Below are positions 60,516-64,000 of a DNA stretch of 64,000 nucleotides, piece by piece. Every line of letters begins with the position of its first letter. Position 1 is the first letter of the stretch. The position numbers and the translations under genes were made by a program. Origin of the DNA: Octopus vulgaris (Eukaryota); contig OX597815.1 of the NCBI GenBank assembly GCA_951406725.2, forward strand, positions 137,578,001-137,642,000. Direction: 5' to 3'. Below the pieces are notes generated by a model that made no database searches, had not been told where the DNA came from, and saw only the letters and a list, made by a program, of their open reading frames with translations.

Positions 60516-61071
60516 CTTACATATATACATACATGTATATATATATACATACATACATATATACATACATATATACATACATATACACACATATATATAC
60601 ATACATACAAATATACACACATATATACATACATACATATATACATACATATACACGTATATATACATACATATACATACAAATATATACATACATATAC
60701 ATACATATATATAAATCCTTAAATCCTTAAAAATGTTTTAGCCCGAAGGCCGCGGCCATGCTGGGGCATCACCGCTGTATGAGCTACACTAGTTTGTGAA
60801 TCCACCTCTGATACGTGGCACTTGATCAACAAGGGAGTTCGATGCTGCTGCCCGCATCCGCGTCTCCTGTCATGAGGTAGGTTCATCTCGGACTCCCAAC
60901 AAGAAGAGATCCAGGTTTGGTTTAAAGAAACCCACATCCACACCATGTAAGTCTCTCAGGCATTTCGGGAGGATGTTAAAGAGCTGTGGTCCTCTGAAAC
61001 CCAAGCTGTTGCAGTATCTGGACCTGTGGCCATTTTGATGGTGATGTTGGAATATATATATATATATATAT

Positions 61072-61111
<40 letters not shown>

Positions 61112-61645
61112 TCATACATATATGTATATATACATATTCATACATATATGTATATATACATATTCATACATATATGTATATATATATATAGATACATATT
61201 CATACATATATGTATATATATATATATATACATATTCATACATATATGTATATATACATATATATACATATACATACATATATATATATACATATATATA
61301 CATATATATATAAACATATATATACATATATATACATACAAATATATATATACATATATATACATATATATACATATATATACATATACATATATATAGA
61401 TATACATATATATACATATATATACATATATATACATACATATATATATACATACATATATATACATATATATATACATACATATACATACATATATATC
61501 TATACATATATATATACATACATATACATACATATATATATACATACATATATATACATATATATACATACATATATATATACATACATATATATACATA
61601 TATATATACATACATATATATACATATACATATATATACATATAC

Positions 61646-61680
<35 letters not shown>

Positions 61681-61755
61681 CACATATATATATACATACA
61701 TATATATATATATATACATATATATACATAAGTATATATACATATATATATATAC

Positions 61756-61788
<33 letters not shown>

Positions 61789-62016
61789 CATACATATATA
61801 TATATACATATATATATATACATATATATATATACATATATATATATACATATATATATATACATACATATATATATACATATATATATATATACATACA
61901 TATATATATATACGTATATATATTTACATATATATATATACATACATATATACATATATATATATACATATATATATATACATACATATATACATACATA
62001 TAAATACATATATATA

Positions 62017-62052
<36 letters not shown>

Positions 62053-62594
62053 TATATATACATACATATATATATATATACATATATATACATACATATA
62101 TATATATATATACATATATATACATACATATATATATATATACATATATATACATACATATATATATACATATATATATACATACATATATATATACATA
62201 TATATACATACATATATATATACATATATATACATACATATATATATACATATATATACATACATATATATACATATATATATATATATATACATATATA
62301 CACATACCTATATATACATATATATATATATATATACATATATACACATACCTATATATACATATATATATATATATACATATATACACATACCTATATA
62401 TACATATATATATATATACATATATACATATACATACATATATATACATATATATATATACATACATATATATATATATACATACATATATATATATACA
62501 TACATATATATATATATACATACATATATATATATATACATACATATATATATATATATACATACATATATATATATATATATAAATATACATA

Positions 62595-62626
<32 letters not shown>

Positions 62627-64000
62627 GATATATATATATACATACATATATATATATATACATACATATATATATACATACATAGGAAAAACCAATGAGG
62701 GTAAGTGAAATACTGAATGAACAATTCAAGAGTGTTTTCACTCCACCCCTTGGGCATTTCCAAATCACCAATCCAACTGACTTCTTTACCACTGCAGATA
62801 TAAAATCAGAGGCGGCGACGATAAATTACATCGATATAAAGGAAGACGATGTAACCAAGGCTATAGATGAAATGAAAACAGACTCAGCTATTGGCCCCGA
62901 TGGATTCCCAGCAATCCTCCTAAAAGTATGTAAGAGAGTCCTAGCAAGACCACTGCAGTTCCTCTTTCAGAGCTTCCTTGCAGCTGGCAAACTTCCAAGA
63001 AAACTGAAGGAAGGTAAAATATGCCCTATTCATAAAGGAGGTAGCAGAGCGGAGGCCAAGAACTACAGACCTATCTCTCTCACCTCACACATCAGCAAGG
63101 TCATGGAACGAATAGTTAGAAGGAAACTAATCAGCTTCCTTGAAGAAAATGACTTGCTGCCTGACACCCAACATGGTTTCTGACCAGGAAGAAGCTGCTT
63201 AACTCAGCTCCTACAACACTACGACTGGGTGCTGAAACAACTGCTCAACCACTCAAATGTGGAAGTCATATATCTCGACTTCCACATAAAGTCGATCATG
63301 GAATGATATGTCACAAACTGCGTGATCTTGGCATAGTTGGAAAACTGGGAGAATGGCTTCATGACTTTCTGAAGAATAGAAGTCAGGTGGTAGCAGCCAA
63401 TGGGGCCACTTCCATTAACACGCAAATAGTGAGCGGTGTTCCGCAGGGCACTGTTTTGGGACCACTACTGTTCATAATGGCCCTCTCAGACATGCCCTCA
63501 GCCACGCAGAGAGCCACGATCACAAGTTATGCAGATGATACAAAAGTTTCACAGGCAATACAGAACACTGAAGACACTAAGCACCTGCAATGTGAGCTGG
63601 ACGAAATATACAAGTGGGCTGAAAAGAATAGCATGCAGTTCAATGCTGAAAAGTCTCAAGCTTTATACTATCAGCATGCAAAACTGAATGCAATACCCAA
63701 TGAATACACTGGACCTGGAGGGATTGCAATCCCAGAGGCACAATCAGTGCATGACCTGGGTATTCACATGAGTGATGATGCAACCTTTCATGTACATGTT
63801 GCTAAACTGACAATGAAATGTAGACGGCTGGCTGGATGGATTCTTAGAACCTTTAGAACAAGAGAACAAGAAACCATGATGGTCCTCTGGAAGACACTTG
63901 TACTAAGCCACTTTGACTATTGCTCTCAGCTATGGTCACCATCCAGTGTCAAGTTGATCACAGAACTTGAGGCGATCCAACGAAGCTACACGAAGAAGAT
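57139..64000 (+). repeat. Near-identical copy of 28989-35874 (family C, D and A1 fragments plus microsatellites)
   Basis: Same junctions, same premature TGA, same deletion; differences are mostly small indels. Confidence 0.95.

Overview
AT-rich animal genomic DNA. The repeat landscape (RTE 3' ends with (GAT)n tails, SINEs, huge TA/TACA microsatellites, Penelope remnants) looks like an octopus or other cephalopod; this is inference, not a database result. The left ~20 kb carries five phase-compatible minus-strand exons of a RIG-I-like receptor (DExD/H) helicase (Q motif, GSGKT, DECH, variant motif III 'TAV'). Its introns are full of Tc1/mariner, RTE, CR1, SINE and MITE remnants, with a Helitron just upstream. 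From ~28.8 kb the window is an array of kb-long (TA)n/(TACA)n tracts holding at least six 5'-truncated CR1/L2-group LINEs from four families. One copy has an intact 1099-codon APE+RT ORF2. The families show: junctions directly in TA tracts; a CCCH zinc-finger ORF1 missing from the ORF track; a U-run inside a hairpin at the ORF1/ORF2 overlap that looks like a -1 ribosomal frameshift signal; and a covarying 3' stem-loop shared with a SINE. A minimal type I hammerhead ribozyme lies at 44241-44283. 57139-64000 is a near-identical copy of 28989-35874 across a 100-N gap, probably an assembly artefact. The many Y/I/H/T/C/M/V-rich ORFs are microsatellite translations.
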